This document shows, in pieces, positions 25,019-35,287 of a DNA stretch of 64,000 nucleotides. The translations under genes were made by a program, and so were the position numbers. This stretch comes from Caldisericia bacterium. GTDB lineage: Bacteria > Caldisericota > Caldisericia > JAAYUI01. Within the stretch, counting starts at the first letter, position 1, and each line of letters starts with the position of its first letter. The notes beneath the pieces were generated by a model. That model made no database searches and was not told where the DNA came from. It saw only the letters and a program-made list of their open reading frames with translations. Location of the stretch: assembly GCA_040768585.1 (NCBI GenBank), contig JAXGMQ010000001.1, positions 1,675,224 through 1,739,223 of the forward strand, in the 5' to 3' direction.

Positions 25019-26425
25019 GTGAGTGTGGCGAAAAGGCAAACGGTTTTAATCGCAGACGACGAAGAGGGGATAAGAGACCTCTTAGGCGAGATTTGCGAGG
25101 AGGAAGGGTGGCAGGTTCTCTTTGCTGCTGACGGCAAGGAAGCGCTAGCAAAAGCCAAAAAATCTCTTCCAGACGCCATCGTCATGGATGTTCGCATGCC
25201 TCTGATGGATGGCATTAAAACTTTCGGCAAGATGAAAGAGGCCGGCATCGATGTCCCTGTTATTCTCATGACCGCCTATGGTTCATCTGAGGTTGCCATC
25301 GAGGCGATGAAGCAGGGAGCCTATGACTACGTCACAAAACCCTTCGACATTGAAGAGATGCGAATCCAGATTCGCAAAGCGCTTCAGCTTCGGGAACTCA
25401 CTGCCGAGGTCTTTACACTCAAGACAGGACTTACCGCAAATTACAGGCTTGAGGAGCTTATCGGAAGCTCATCAGCTATGCAACAGGTATACAAATCAAT
25501 TGGTCGAATAGCAGCGTCTGATGCTACGGTTTTGATTCGTGGTGAATCTGGTACTGGTAAGGATGTTGTAGCGAGGGCGATTCAGCAGAACTCAAACCGT
25601 CGGGACAAGCCGTTTGTGGCGATCAACTGCGCTGCTATCCCTGAGGGGCTTCTTGAATCTGAGCTTTTTGGTCATGAAAAGGGCTCGTTCACAGATGCTC
25701 ACACGCAGCACAAGGGCAAGTTTGAACAAGCCGCCGATGGAACCATTTTCCTGGACGAGGTTGGCGATATGTCACTCCCGCTTCAGGCAAAGGTTCTAAG
25801 AGTTCTTCAGGACAGAACCTACGAGCGCGTTGGCGGTAAAGAAATGCTTCTCTCCGAAGCAAGAGTGTTGGCTGCTACTAACCAAGACCTTGAGACTCTT
25901 GTCAGAAGCAAGCAGTTCAGGGAAGACCTCTATTACAGGCTCAACGTGGTCACAATCACGCTTCCTCCGCTCCGAGAACGCAAAGAGGACATCGAAGACC
26001 TCGTTGACCACTTTGTGAAGAAGTACTGCAAAAAATACGAAAAGGTAATCGCGGGCATTTCACCACAAGCCGTGAAGTACCTCACCGCATATGATTGGCC
26101 AGGCAATGTCAGAGAGCTTGAGAACGCTGTCGCCAGAGCTGTCATCATCGCCAACTCACCGCTCATACTTCCTGAATACCTTCCGCACACAATCTCAAGC
26201 TATCGGGCAAGAGACCCAATGTTCCCCAAAAAGGGTGTGCTTCCGAAACTGCATGACGCCGTTGGAGAACTTGAGGCGAGTTTGATAAAGAGAGCGTTGA
26301 TTGAGACAAAAGGAAACCGGACAAAAGCAGCACAAATACTGGGAATTCCAAGACGTTCACTGTACACAAAATTACAGGATTACAACATAAATCTGGAGGA
26401 GCTTGAACCAGGTAATGAGATATAG
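25019..26425 (+). CDS. Sigma-54-dependent response regulator (NtrC family): REC + AAA+ + C-terminal Fis-type HTH.
   Basis: REC (LIADDEEGIRDLL...DVRMPLMDG). Walker A GESGTGKDVVARAIQ. GAFTGA region reads ESELFGHEKGSFTDA. R-finger and C-terminal HTH AAQILGIPRRSLYTKL. Confidence 0.85.
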   Translation: MSVAKRQTVLIADDEEGIRDLLGEICEEEGWQVLFAADGKEALAKAKKSLPDAIVMDVRMPLMDGIKTFGKMKEAGIDVPVILMTAYGSSEVAIEAMKQGAYDYVTKPFDIEEMRIQIRKALQLRELTAEVFTLKTGLTANYRLEELIGSSSAMQQVYKSIGRIAASDATVLIRGESGTGKDVVARAIQQNSNRRDKPFVAINCAAIPEGLLESELFGHEKGSFTDAHTQHKGKFEQAADGTIFLDEVGDMSLPLQAKVLRVLQDRTYERVGGKEMLLSEARVLAATNQDLETLVRSKQFREDLYYRLNVVTITLPPLRERKEDIEDLVDHFVKKYCKKYEKVIAGISPQAVKYLTAYDWPGNVRELENAVARAVIIANSPLILPEYLPHTISSYRARDPMFPKKGVLPKLHDAVGELEASLIKRALIETKGNRTKAAQILGIPRRSLYTKLQDYNINLEELEPGNEI

Positions 26426-26501
26426 CGTAATTTCAAGCAAGTTTGATAAAGGAATTAATAAGTCGGCTTTGTTGCCGCGCCAGAAGAAAGGAGCAAGTAA
26501 C

Positions 26502-29500
26502 ATGAAACGTTTACTTGTTTATCTCTTAGCACTCATGGTTATTATGCCGCTTTTCACGGTTGGCCCGATTTCTGCGGATGTGAAAAATGTGCAGGTAATA
26601 CCGTACCCAAAAACAGCTGGAAAAATGGCTTCATACCACATCTCCTTCAACGTCACTCGACCGCTTGAAGCAAACAAGGACAGCATCCAGATCACTCTGC
26701 CTGCCGAAACCCTTGTGCCAGACTTTGTTTCATCCTCAGTTGTGTCGGTCAATCCCCAGAAACTCATCGGCGCTGACTACAAACTCAACTACGAGACTGG
26801 ACAGATAACATTCATTGACCCACTTCGCGAGGGAGACATGGTGAGAGCTTCGTATACATATGAAGCATCCGAAGACTACACCATGATGCCAATTCAGAGC
26901 AAGGTTAGATTCTTTGACAGAACGTTTGACATGCTTCGAGTCTCAACAGACCCAAGCGATCCGAGAAGCAATAACGGTCAGTTTGACCCGGGCGAGTGGG
27001 TGTACGAAGACAGAGACAACGATGGAAGAATCTCACCCGGTGACAGACGACTTATGGTCATGAAGTATGTCATAGGCGGGGATTCTACAACTGATCCACC
27101 CACCCCTGGAAGCGATGCCAAACAGAATTCTATTGTTGCCCCTGGCGACCTCGACTGTGACAACTGTAGCAACACTGCGGGTAACCCCACCCCACTCAAC
27201 CCACTCATCCCACTCTCCATCGTCAGACTCGTTATGCTCGATATCAACAATGACGGCATATACAACGAGGGTGACTATCTGTTTGATGACAGAGACCATT
27301 CCGACACAGTTTCCCGCAACGACCTTATGATAACGGGTATTGTGGATTACCCCGCAGGTTCAGTGGTTGCATACAATGACCCAGACTACAGGGACAGAAA
27401 CATGGACGCCGAGCAGGCAGCCGTCCCACTCCAGATTTACTCCTTTGACCAGACTGTGAACCTTGCCGATCAGCGTTTTGTGTGGCGTCACATCGATGAT
27501 GGCTCAACCGTTGGAAAGTATGACCCAGGTGAGGCTATCTATTTGGATGGTCCATACGACAGCGATGGTGATGGTACTCTTGATGCGTCGCTCTCAACAT
27601 TCAGCGTTGACATGGGTGATACCCGTATGACATCAGTCACCATCATCGACAACGGTGTTCCCTTCTTCTACCCAGCCGGTTCTGTCGTTGCGCAGACTGA
27701 CCGAGATGTCGGCAGACGTCTCATCAGTTTCCAGATAGCAACAGGTGAGGAAGAGGGATTCCTTGATGTCAACACAGATGCCGGTGCGCTTGTTGGCTAC
27801 TATGATCCTGGTGAACCAATCTACAGGAACAGTAATGGAAGATCTGGTTTCCTTTATAACACAACGCTTGGTGGTGTGCAGACAAACGCAATGCCACAAC
27901 CTGGTGATGTCAGACTCTCCACTTGGTCGATTGCAGCCTATGCACAGGGAACAGCTGTAGATACACGTCATGCTGACCATGGCGACCAGCTCATGGACTT
28001 CAACAAAGCTCCAACGCAGATTCCTGAACTCATGGTCGTTGATATTAACGGTCAGCGCGACATGGCGTTCCCGGTTCCCCAGAGATTCCCACTTGAAATC
28101 AATCTCAACACAGCTTTTTCAAGCTACACAGGAGCGATGTTCGAAGAGAACTATGATGGCACCTCAAACGCGTCAGCGCCCAACCCGACGATTGTGGGAA
28201 ATAGGTACTACTACAACAGATCGACTGGTACCTCCATCTCAGAGGATAGCTATGTGTTTGGTTCATGGCTCTATCGCGACAATGACCAGTCGGGTTCAGT
28301 TTCAGTTGGTGATACGAGACTTACCCAGATTGATATGCAGTTTGGCCTAACAAAGGTCACATACTCAGCGGGTTCATCCGTCAAAGAGGGTGAGCTTGAC
28401 GTCAGATCTCTTGCCACCACCCAGGGCCCACTCATGCTTGTTGAGCCAACAATCTGTAACGTTATGGATCCAAGCTATCCGCCAACATTTACTCCAACAT
28501 ACTACGAAATCAAGCACACCGAGAACATTGCCGTAAATAACAAATACGACCCGGGTGAATTCCTTTACATTGACCTTGATAACCTAGCCGGATCAAATGT
28601 GGGCAATGGTATTGTTGATGGCGCAACTGGAGCTATAGGCCCAATGAGTGACTTCTCAGACTGCCGTCTTGTGCCAGTTGGCGTCACATCATTTGGCAAC
28701 AAGGCAATCTCGACTAACTTCCCGCTCATCGGTGAGACACTCACAAGGGGTTGGGCAAGAATCGAGAATAAAGTCGTCATCCCATACGCTCAGGCAGGAA
28801 TGACTGAGTCTAGGCTCGATTCCAACAACATTAGAATTCTCCCAACCCTTGAACCACCAATGCCACCATCATACCTCCACGGAGATGTATTCACACTTCC
28901 AGGTGGACGTTCAGCTCTCACGAGCTCCGGTGAGTGGTGGATTAAGGTTACAGCGGTCAATGAATATGGCGAGGGTGAGTTCTCCGAGTCAATCCAGGTT
29001 AATTTTGTCTCAGGTGACACAACAAACGCTCTCAATATCTCCTGGGCACCTGTGCCATATGCAAGAGCCTACAGGATATACAAATCCAGAAACGAAACAT
29101 ACTTCCCGCACTCTGCACTCCTCGCTGAGGTGAAGGCACCAATCACAAGTTATATCGACAAGGGCACAACAATCACTGAAGGTACACTTCCATATCCATA
29201 TAGAGCATCGTTTGTAAACCTTTGGCGCAGCAGACTCGGAATCGAGACTGAGCTTGTCGAGTTCAAGTGCGCTGACTATGAGATAAACCTTGAAACAGGC
29301 CAGATATCCTTCCGAAGAGCACTTAAGCCATATGAAATTGTTCTTGCAAACTACAAGTATGCCGAGGACAAGGGTGTGCTTGGCCCAAGTGGCGACCCAT
29401 GCACAACTGTTGGTCATCAGGACGAGGATGTCTATGTCGATGTGCAGCATGGAGTTGGTAAACTTCTTCACTATCCAGCGGTAGACCCCAAGATTGATCC

Positions 29501-32222
29501 GTTGCATTACTGTTTCAGACTGTGGAGAGCTCCAACCATTGACCCAGCAAATCCATTCCTGCTTCGTGAAGGTTCGGATTACACAATCGATTATGAGACT
29601 GGTGAGATCAAGTTCTCAGCTCACATTGTCAGTGAGGGTGACATAATTACTGCTGACTATGACTCATATGAGGGTGTTATGGGCGAGTCTCTTGTCGAGG
29701 CGATCTCCTCTGGAATCACCTCGGCGCGTTGTCAAGCTCCTGTGCTTCCAGAATCTTACACAATCAGTAAAGCTGTTGCATTGAAGTCATCGCCACAAAT
29801 AAAGATAACAAGCGGGCCAAACGGTCACCAACTCATCTTCACAACCCCTGTTGATATCTTTGTTGACCCGGACAACGACCAGTCAACACCTGATGTTGTT
29901 ATGACGCTCAATAGACCAGGTAGACAGTTTAACACATACGATAAGGGCGCGGTTCGCAACCCACAGAAGTCTGGTATGTACCAGCTCTGGGTTCAGACGT
30001 CACAGGAACAGACCCCAATCCTCTCACAGCCATATGAAATCACAGCTGACACATCAGCTGATGACATGCAGCTCAAGATTATCTCACCACAGGTTTCATC
30101 ACAACTTGCGACAGACCCGCCATGCTCCTGCAAGGATGCAGCAGCAACATCAGGACAGGCGATGTCAATTGTTGCCCAGCTCTCAGATGGCACGAACGGA
30201 ATACCTGGTGTGTACCTCAGGTTTGAGATTGCAGAAACGGTTTCACCACCATCAACCTTCAGTTCTGCCGACTTGGTGCAGACAAATGACCAGGGACTTG
30301 CTTCTGTTGTACTCAACACATCGGCAACACCTGGTATTACAAAAGTAAAAATTTATCTACAGGATGACCCATCGCTTTGCAGATGCGTATCAATTAATAC
30401 TGGCCCGCCAGTTTTGGTCGACCGAATTGTTGTGACACCTGGTCCGACACTCGCGCTCTCACCGGGCTCTCAGCAGCAGTTTACTGCCCAGGCATTCAAG
30501 GCAAATGGTGCCGAGATTCCAGGAGTTGACTTTACATGGGCAGCTGATTGTGGAAACATCAGTCAAGCCGGTGTCTATACAGCGCCACTTGACTCGGGCG
30601 GGACATGCCATGTCTATGCGAGAGCTCATGGCAAAGAAGGCTTGACAACAGTATCGATTGTTAACCGTCCGTCGAGAATCACAGTTGACCCGTCATCAGC
30701 CATTATTGCAACTGGCTCATCCAAGAAATTCACAGCCCAGGCTTACGATGACGTGGGTAACCCAATGAGTATCCCAGTCAACTGGTCGATTGAGCCAGCT
30801 GGTCTCGGTGTGTTTGCCGAGGATGGAACATTCACTGCAGGCAGCATCTCAGGCACAGGAACTGTTAAAGCTTGTTCAGCTGGTGTTTGCGGAACAGCCA
30901 CGATCACGGTTCAGGCTGCGGGCAATATCAAGAGTATTAAAGTAATGCCCGATAACGTGACCATGAAGGTTGGCGGCACACAGCAATTTACCGCTAAGGT
31001 TCTCGACCAGAATGGATATGAGATTGCCGGAGCCCCAATCACCTGGATTGTCAACCCGTCAAACATGGGTGTTGTTAGTTCAAATGGATTGTTCACTGCT
31101 GTAAGTTCTGGAACCGCAATCATCATTGCTCAATCCGGCACAATAACGGGCATGGCAGTTGTAAACATCGTCCAGATTGCACGACTTGAACTCACTCCTT
31201 CGAGTGTTACAGTGCAAACCGGACAGACCCAGCAGTTCCAGGCAATTGCCTATGATGTCAATGGTGCAGCAATTCCTGGTATGACCTACACATGGAGTGC
31301 AACGCCGTCTGGTATCGGTATTATAGATCAGACCGGTCGTTTCACAGCGACAGGTATGAGCGGTCAAACTGGTGTCATCATGGTGCAAGCGGCGGGACTC
31401 TCTGCGACGGCTCAGGTGACGATCGGCACGAAGGACAACACTCCGCCAGTTGTGAATCCGTCTGCAGGTGGAATCCAGAATGGTGATACAGTAACACCTG
31501 GAACAAACCAGATTAAACTTACTATCACTGATGAGTCAGGAATATCGTCCGTGACAATCAATGGTATTCCGGCATCGACAGATGTGACAGGAAACTGGGT
31601 AGCGACCGTCAATGTGAATAAGGGTGCAAACACATATACAGTCAGAGTAAAAGACACAAACGGCAATGAGCAGGTGTATACGATGACGGTGTATGGCTCA
31701 TATCTTGATAAGATGGTTATGAGAGTACCAACAAATACCCAGGCTGATAATCCTTATGCTGATGTCACAAAGGATGGCACGACAAGCAGAATCAAATTGA
31801 AAACATCGCCAGAGATTACAACTATATCCGGTGGTAGCACATTTGTTGGACTTCGTGATCTTGCTGAGACACTCTTTAACGCAGTGACAGACAAGGGTGG
31901 TAACGTCGAATATGATTCTGCGACAAGGAAGATTACTGTAACCGTTAAGAGATCCGATGGAAGGGTTCAGGTACTCGAGACCGTTATTGGACAGAAAGAC
32001 TTCAGAGTCACAACTACACAGCCAAACGGCTCGATCAACGTCGAAGACTTCAATCTTGGCACAACAGCAGCACCTTACATTGGTTCGACTGCGACGGGTT
32101 CAAGAACTTCAAACTACAACAGTACAATGGTTCCAATGAGAGCCTTTACTGAAGCTCTAGGCGGAGAGGTGTTCTGGGAAAGAGATGGCGAGAGAGTAGC
32201 CTCATTTGAATTCCGTCCGTAG
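26502..32222 (+). CDS. Giant (~1900 aa) cell-surface protein: N-terminal repeat region, four Big_2-like Ig domains and C-terminal copper-amine-oxidase-N-terminal-like stalk repeats.
   Basis: Signal peptide MKRLLVYLLALMVIMPLFTV with RBS AAGGAGCAAGTAACATG. Big_2-like repeats (...QQFTAQAFKANGAEIPG..., ...KKFTAQAYDDVGNP..., ...QQFTAKVLDQNGYEI..., ...QQFQAIAYDVNGAAIPG...). C-terminus ...MVPMRAFTEALGGEVFWERDGE. Confidence 0.75.
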   Translation: MKRLLVYLLALMVIMPLFTVGPISADVKNVQVIPYPKTAGKMASYHISFNVTRPLEANKDSIQITLPAETLVPDFVSSSVVSVNPQKLIGADYKLNYETGQITFIDPLREGDMVRASYTYEASEDYTMMPIQSKVRFFDRTFDMLRVSTDPSDPRSNNGQFDPGEWVYEDRDNDGRISPGDRRLMVMKYVIGGDSTTDPPTPGSDAKQNSIVAPGDLDCDNCSNTAGNPTPLNPLIPLSIVRLVMLDINNDGIYNEGDYLFDDRDHSDTVSRNDLMITGIVDYPAGSVVAYNDPDYRDRNMDAEQAAVPLQIYSFDQTVNLADQRFVWRHIDDGSTVGKYDPGEAIYLDGPYDSDGDGTLDASLSTFSVDMGDTRMTSVTIIDNGVPFFYPAGSVVAQTDRDVGRRLISFQIATGEEEGFLDVNTDAGALVGYYDPGEPIYRNSNGRSGFLYNTTLGGVQTNAMPQPGDVRLSTWSIAAYAQGTAVDTRHADHGDQLMDFNKAPTQIPELMVVDINGQRDMAFPVPQRFPLEINLNTAFSSYTGAMFEENYDGTSNASAPNPTIVGNRYYYNRSTGTSISEDSYVFGSWLYRDNDQSGSVSVGDTRLTQIDMQFGLTKVTYSAGSSVKEGELDVRSLATTQGPLMLVEPTICNVMDPSYPPTFTPTYYEIKHTENIAVNNKYDPGEFLYIDLDNLAGSNVGNGIVDGATGAIGPMSDFSDCRLVPVGVTSFGNKAISTNFPLIGETLTRGWARIENKVVIPYAQAGMTESRLDSNNIRILPTLEPPMPPSYLHGDVFTLPGGRSALTSSGEWWIKVTAVNEYGEGEFSESIQVNFVSGDTTNALNISWAPVPYARAYRIYKSRNETYFPHSALLAEVKAPITSYIDKGTTITEGTLPYPYRASFVNLWRSRLGIETELVEFKCADYEINLETGQISFRRALKPYEIVLANYKYAEDKGVLGPSGDPCTTVGHQDEDVYVDVQHGVGKLLHYPAVDPKIDPLHYCFRLWRAPTIDPANPFLLREGSDYTIDYETGEIKFSAHIVSEGDIITADYDSYEGVMGESLVEAISSGITSARCQAPVLPESYTISKAVALKSSPQIKITSGPNGHQLIFTTPVDIFVDPDNDQSTPDVVMTLNRPGRQFNTYDKGAVRNPQKSGMYQLWVQTSQEQTPILSQPYEITADTSADDMQLKIISPQVSSQLATDPPCSCKDAAATSGQAMSIVAQLSDGTNGIPGVYLRFEIAETVSPPSTFSSADLVQTNDQGLASVVLNTSATPGITKVKIYLQDDPSLCRCVSINTGPPVLVDRIVVTPGPTLALSPGSQQQFTAQAFKANGAEIPGVDFTWAADCGNISQAGVYTAPLDSGGTCHVYARAHGKEGLTTVSIVNRPSRITVDPSSAIIATGSSKKFTAQAYDDVGNPMSIPVNWSIEPAGLGVFAEDGTFTAGSISGTGTVKACSAGVCGTATITVQAAGNIKSIKVMPDNVTMKVGGTQQFTAKVLDQNGYEIAGAPITWIVNPSNMGVVSSNGLFTAVSSGTAIIIAQSGTITGMAVVNIVQIARLELTPSSVTVQTGQTQQFQAIAYDVNGAAIPGMTYTWSATPSGIGIIDQTGRFTATGMSGQTGVIMVQAAGLSATAQVTIGTKDNTPPVVNPSAGGIQNGDTVTPGTNQIKLTITDESGISSVTINGIPASTDVTGNWVATVNVNKGANTYTVRVKDTNGNEQVYTMTVYGSYLDKMVMRVPTNTQADNPYADVTKDGTTSRIKLKTSPEITTISGGSTFVGLRDLAETLFNAVTDKGGNVEYDSATRKITVTVKRSDGRVQVLETVIGQKDFRVTTTQPNGSINVEDFNLGTTAAPYIGSTATGSRTSNYNSTMVPMRAFTEALGGEVFWERDGERVASFEFRP

Positions 32223-32254
32223 TAGATTTTTGTAGAAAACAGCTACTTGAAAAA

Positions 32255-32290
32255 AGCCCCCGTTCTTTGTTGGTCGGGGGCTTTTGTGTT
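32255..32290. terminator. Bidirectional rho-independent terminator between convergent genes.
   Basis: AAAAAA-GCCCCCG...CGGGGGC-TTTTGTGTTTATT. Has an A-run on one side and a T-run on the other. Confidence 0.7.
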
Positions 32291-32396
32291 TATTCTGGAT
32301 CGTTTTGTGTAAACCTCTTGATTCTAAACCTTGTACCCCAATGGTCTGCAGGGTCCATAGGTGTGGTTTTGGTGGTAGTCTATTTTCCCTTCCTGA

Positions 32397-33173
32397 TTAC
32401 TTAATAGTCTTTGGTTTTTTTGCCCAAAACACCACCCTGTCGGCTCCCCTGTGATAGGGTCTTCCCTCGTAGTCGCAGTATTTGTGGATTATCTCAAAAC
32501 CATGCCTCGTGAGCCAGTACTGAATCTCAGCGCTTGAGACGAGGTAGGAATTCCTGTTGACAGACTGAATTCTCTCCTTCCCCTGCCTTGTATTTTTGTA
32601 AAGACTATACCTGTAGGAGAGCCTCTTTTTCTTCTTATTGAATTTGATTCCCTCTGTTTTGAAACAGAGGCTTGAGTGTTCCGTGACTGACCCGACACAC
32701 TCTAGGGTTGGCGGTTGGAGTGAGGAGACCTCCTCGATGTTGGTGTTATCGATAAAGATGAATCCCTCTTCCTTAAGGCTGGCAAACGCAGTAGAGATTA
32801 TTCTCTCCTGCTCAAGCGCTGTGCCAAGCTCAAGAAGCGAGTCCCTGCCAACAATTACGAGGTCATATTCGGTTCCCCAGCTATTCTTTGCAACGTCCGC
32901 GATTTGAATGGTTGCATTTGAACCAGAGTGGACAAGTTCCTCTCTGGCGATATTTGCAAAAGCCTCCTGAATCTCTATGCCTGTAACGCTGTGACCGTCG
33001 AGGGCGAGTGGGATTGTCATCCTACCAGTTCCGCACATAAGCTCACATATCCTGATTTTCTTTTCGCCAATCAGATCCTGTAGCAGTGTGATATCCATGT
33101 TCAAATTTGAACTATCACGAGTTGCACTTTGACTGTTGTGTTTATATTCTATTTCACCGCTCATGGGTGACAC
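32397..33173 (-). CDS. Class I SAM-dependent methyltransferase.
   Basis: Motif I ELMCGTGRMTIPLAL. Post-I acidic residue. Confidence 0.7.
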   Translation of the reverse strand: MSPMSGEIEYKHNSQSATRDSSNLNMDITLLQDLIGEKKIRICELMCGTGRMTIPLALDGHSVTGIEIQEAFANIAREELVHSGSNATIQIADVAKNSWGTEYDLVIVGRDSLLELGTALEQERIISTAFASLKEEGFIFIDNTNIEEVSSLQPPTLECVGSVTEHSSLCFKTEGIKFNKKKKRLSYRYSLYKNTRQGKERIQSVNRNSYLVSSAEIQYWLTRHGFEIIHKYCDYEGRPYHRGADRVVFWAKKPKTIK

Positions 33174-33204
33174 TCCTTTTTTGTGTTAGTAATGTACCTG
33201 CTTG

Positions 33205-33996
33205 TTATTTTGGTTCAGCCATATGTATCATACTATGACCGATAAATCCTGTCCTTCGGGCTAAATTCATACACTCCTGGTTTTCCTGCCTTAGGAAAAA
33301 CATCGGCGTTTTGCCCTTTTGCATGATTCTCTTTGATAATTCGAGCAGACAGGCTCTTGCGTATCCTTGTCCCCTTGATGATTTTATGGTCTCGGTGTTT
33401 TCAATAAGTCCAACATCCTCGGTTTCAAGGGTCATGTTGGCATACGACATAAGCATTCCGTCTCTAATGATGCCACAGAACACGTTGCCTATTCCAAGAG
33501 TTTTTGGGTTGATGACCTGTTTGAATTCGTTTGGGATGACGACATCCTTGAGATTTTTGGACTCAAGTTTGACAACCGTTGGTATCGCTTTTTCGAACGT
33601 GGGTTCTGTTCTGGTGTGAAGGATAATCGGGTGAATTGAGTTGGATGAGAGCATATCCTTGAGGATTTTCCCAATCCAAGGGGGAAATAGAAGTCTACTC
33701 TTTGTGTCGAATGGTATCTGATAAACAAGCGCTTCTGCCGACTCGAAGTCCGAAGCAAAGAGCCAGCTGCCAGACAGACAGGAAGGTTTGTCCACAAAAA
33801 CAGAGCAGGCAGCAATCTTGCCTGTGAATGAATCGATAATGCAAGGTATTGATTTGTCCATTTGTTTCTCTAGTGAATTTATCGCAATGCTTGCATGTAG
33901 TGGTCGAGTATTCAAATAATCAACAACCTCTGCCGTGTTTTTCTCTTCTATGATGAAGTTTTCTATGTCCACTCTTTCAATCGATTCGTTCATTTG
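33205..33996 (-). CDS. GNAT-family N-acetyltransferase.
   Basis: Motif A SSRGQGYARACLLEL. Start placed at MNESIERV, which has a GGGAGG RBS. Confidence 0.6.
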   Translation of the reverse strand, partial: QMNESIERVDIENFIIEEKNTAEVVDYLNTRPLHASIAINSLEKQMDKSIPCIIDSFTGKIAACSVFVDKPSCLSGSWLFASDFESAEALVYQIPFDTKSRLLFPPWIGKILKDMLSSNSIHPIILHTRTEPTFEKAIPTVVKLESKNLKDVVIPNEFKQVINPKTLGIGNVFCGIIRDGMLMSYANMTLETEDVGLIENTETIKSSRGQGYARACLLELSKRIMQKGKTPMFFLRQENQECMNLARRTGFIGHSMIHMAEPK

Positions 33997-34201
33997 TGCG
34001 CCTCCCTTCAAGCGCCTCCCTGAGGTGCCAGTCCCTTTATGAGAAGGATGATACCTCAAAAAGTTCTATTCTTGCGGCGATACGCCTCCTATCGAGGTTT
34101 TTGTGGTGTTGTTGAACCAACATTACCTCTTCACTATCTAATACATTCCTAGATGTCTCTTTGTGCATTTTATGTTTCATTTTGTCCACCTGCTATCCCT
34201 T

Positions 34202-35287
34202 TTACTCTTTAGACTCATATCTCTCCAGCATGATTTCTGTATTTCTCTCGACCCTGTTTTCGATGTGCCGGCTGAGTTTTTTTCTCATGTGGAACTTGGC
34301 AACTGGCTCTGTGCCAATTGTGAGTTTCTTAAAGCTCTCATATCTCGATTCTGACACTTTTCCAGCACTCACAGCCTCAAGCAATCCGCATCCCGGTTCA
34401 GTGAGGTGAGAACAACTGTTTCCAAACTGACAGTTTGTGATGTAAGGTCTCATCTCGACAAATAGATTTGCCATGTCCATCTTTTTGGCTCTCCAAACTC
34501 CGAATTCTCTCATGCCCGGTGTGTCGATGATGCCACCGCCTGACTCCAGGAAGTGCATCTCAAGGTGAGTGGTGGTGTGCATTCCCTCACCCGTTTTCTG
34601 GTGTACCTCTCGCACTTTGATTCCAAGCCCTGGCTCAATAGCATTGAGCAGGGAAGACTTGCCAACGCCAGACATCCCAAGCATGACAGAGGTTTTGCCG
34701 AGAAGGAGTTCTTTTACTTCATCAACCCCGATGTTTTCATTGGAGCTTGTGTAGATGACCCTGTAACCGATGTCCTCGTACAGTTTGAACTCATTCCTTA
34801 CATCGGCAAGCTCGCACAAGTCAACCTTTGTCACAACAATCACGGCGGGGATATCGGAGACCGTAGCATCGGCTAGATAGCGATCGATTGTGAAAAAATG
34901 TGTCTTTGGGAATGCAGAACTTGCCACAACGAGAGCCTGGTCGATGTTGGCAACAATCACCTGCTCTACGGGCTTTCGTCCTGCCCCAAGCCTGCTCATG
35001 GAGTTCCTTCTTGGCAAAACCTGGTCTATAACGCCCTTGCCGTCCTCTTTCGCCACCTTAAACTCCACAAAATCGCCAACTGCTATCGGATCGACGACTG
35101 AGATATCTCTGACAGCAACAACCCGACGTCTTAGAGATTCGTTGCTCTCTTTGGGGTAAATAAGTTCTTTCCTCAATTTGTTGCTAATCCTACAGAGATA
35201 ATCAGTCCCATTTGTTTTGACTGTATATATTCCATGTGTCTTGCGTGTCACAAGTCCCTGGTTAGTGTTTTCGTGTTTGTTATTCAC
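34202..35287 (-). CDS. rsgA: Ribosome small-subunit biogenesis GTPase RsgA (circularly permuted GTPase).
   Basis: Permuted order of G motifs (TKVD...GMSGVGKSSLLNA...TPGMREF). C-terminal zinc finger C..C.H.EPGC. Confidence 0.85.
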   Translation of the reverse strand: MNNKHENTNQGLVTRKTHGIYTVKTNGTDYLCRISNKLRKELIYPKESNESLRRRVVAVRDISVVDPIAVGDFVEFKVAKEDGKGVIDQVLPRRNSMSRLGAGRKPVEQVIVANIDQALVVASSAFPKTHFFTIDRYLADATVSDIPAVIVVTKVDLCELADVRNEFKLYEDIGYRVIYTSSNENIGVDEVKELLLGKTSVMLGMSGVGKSSLLNAIEPGLGIKVREVHQKTGEGMHTTTHLEMHFLESGGGIIDTPGMREFGVWRAKKMDMANLFVEMRPYITNCQFGNSCSHLTEPGCGLLEAVSAGKVSESRYESFKKLTIGTEPVAKFHMRKKLSRHIENRVERNTEIMLERYESKE

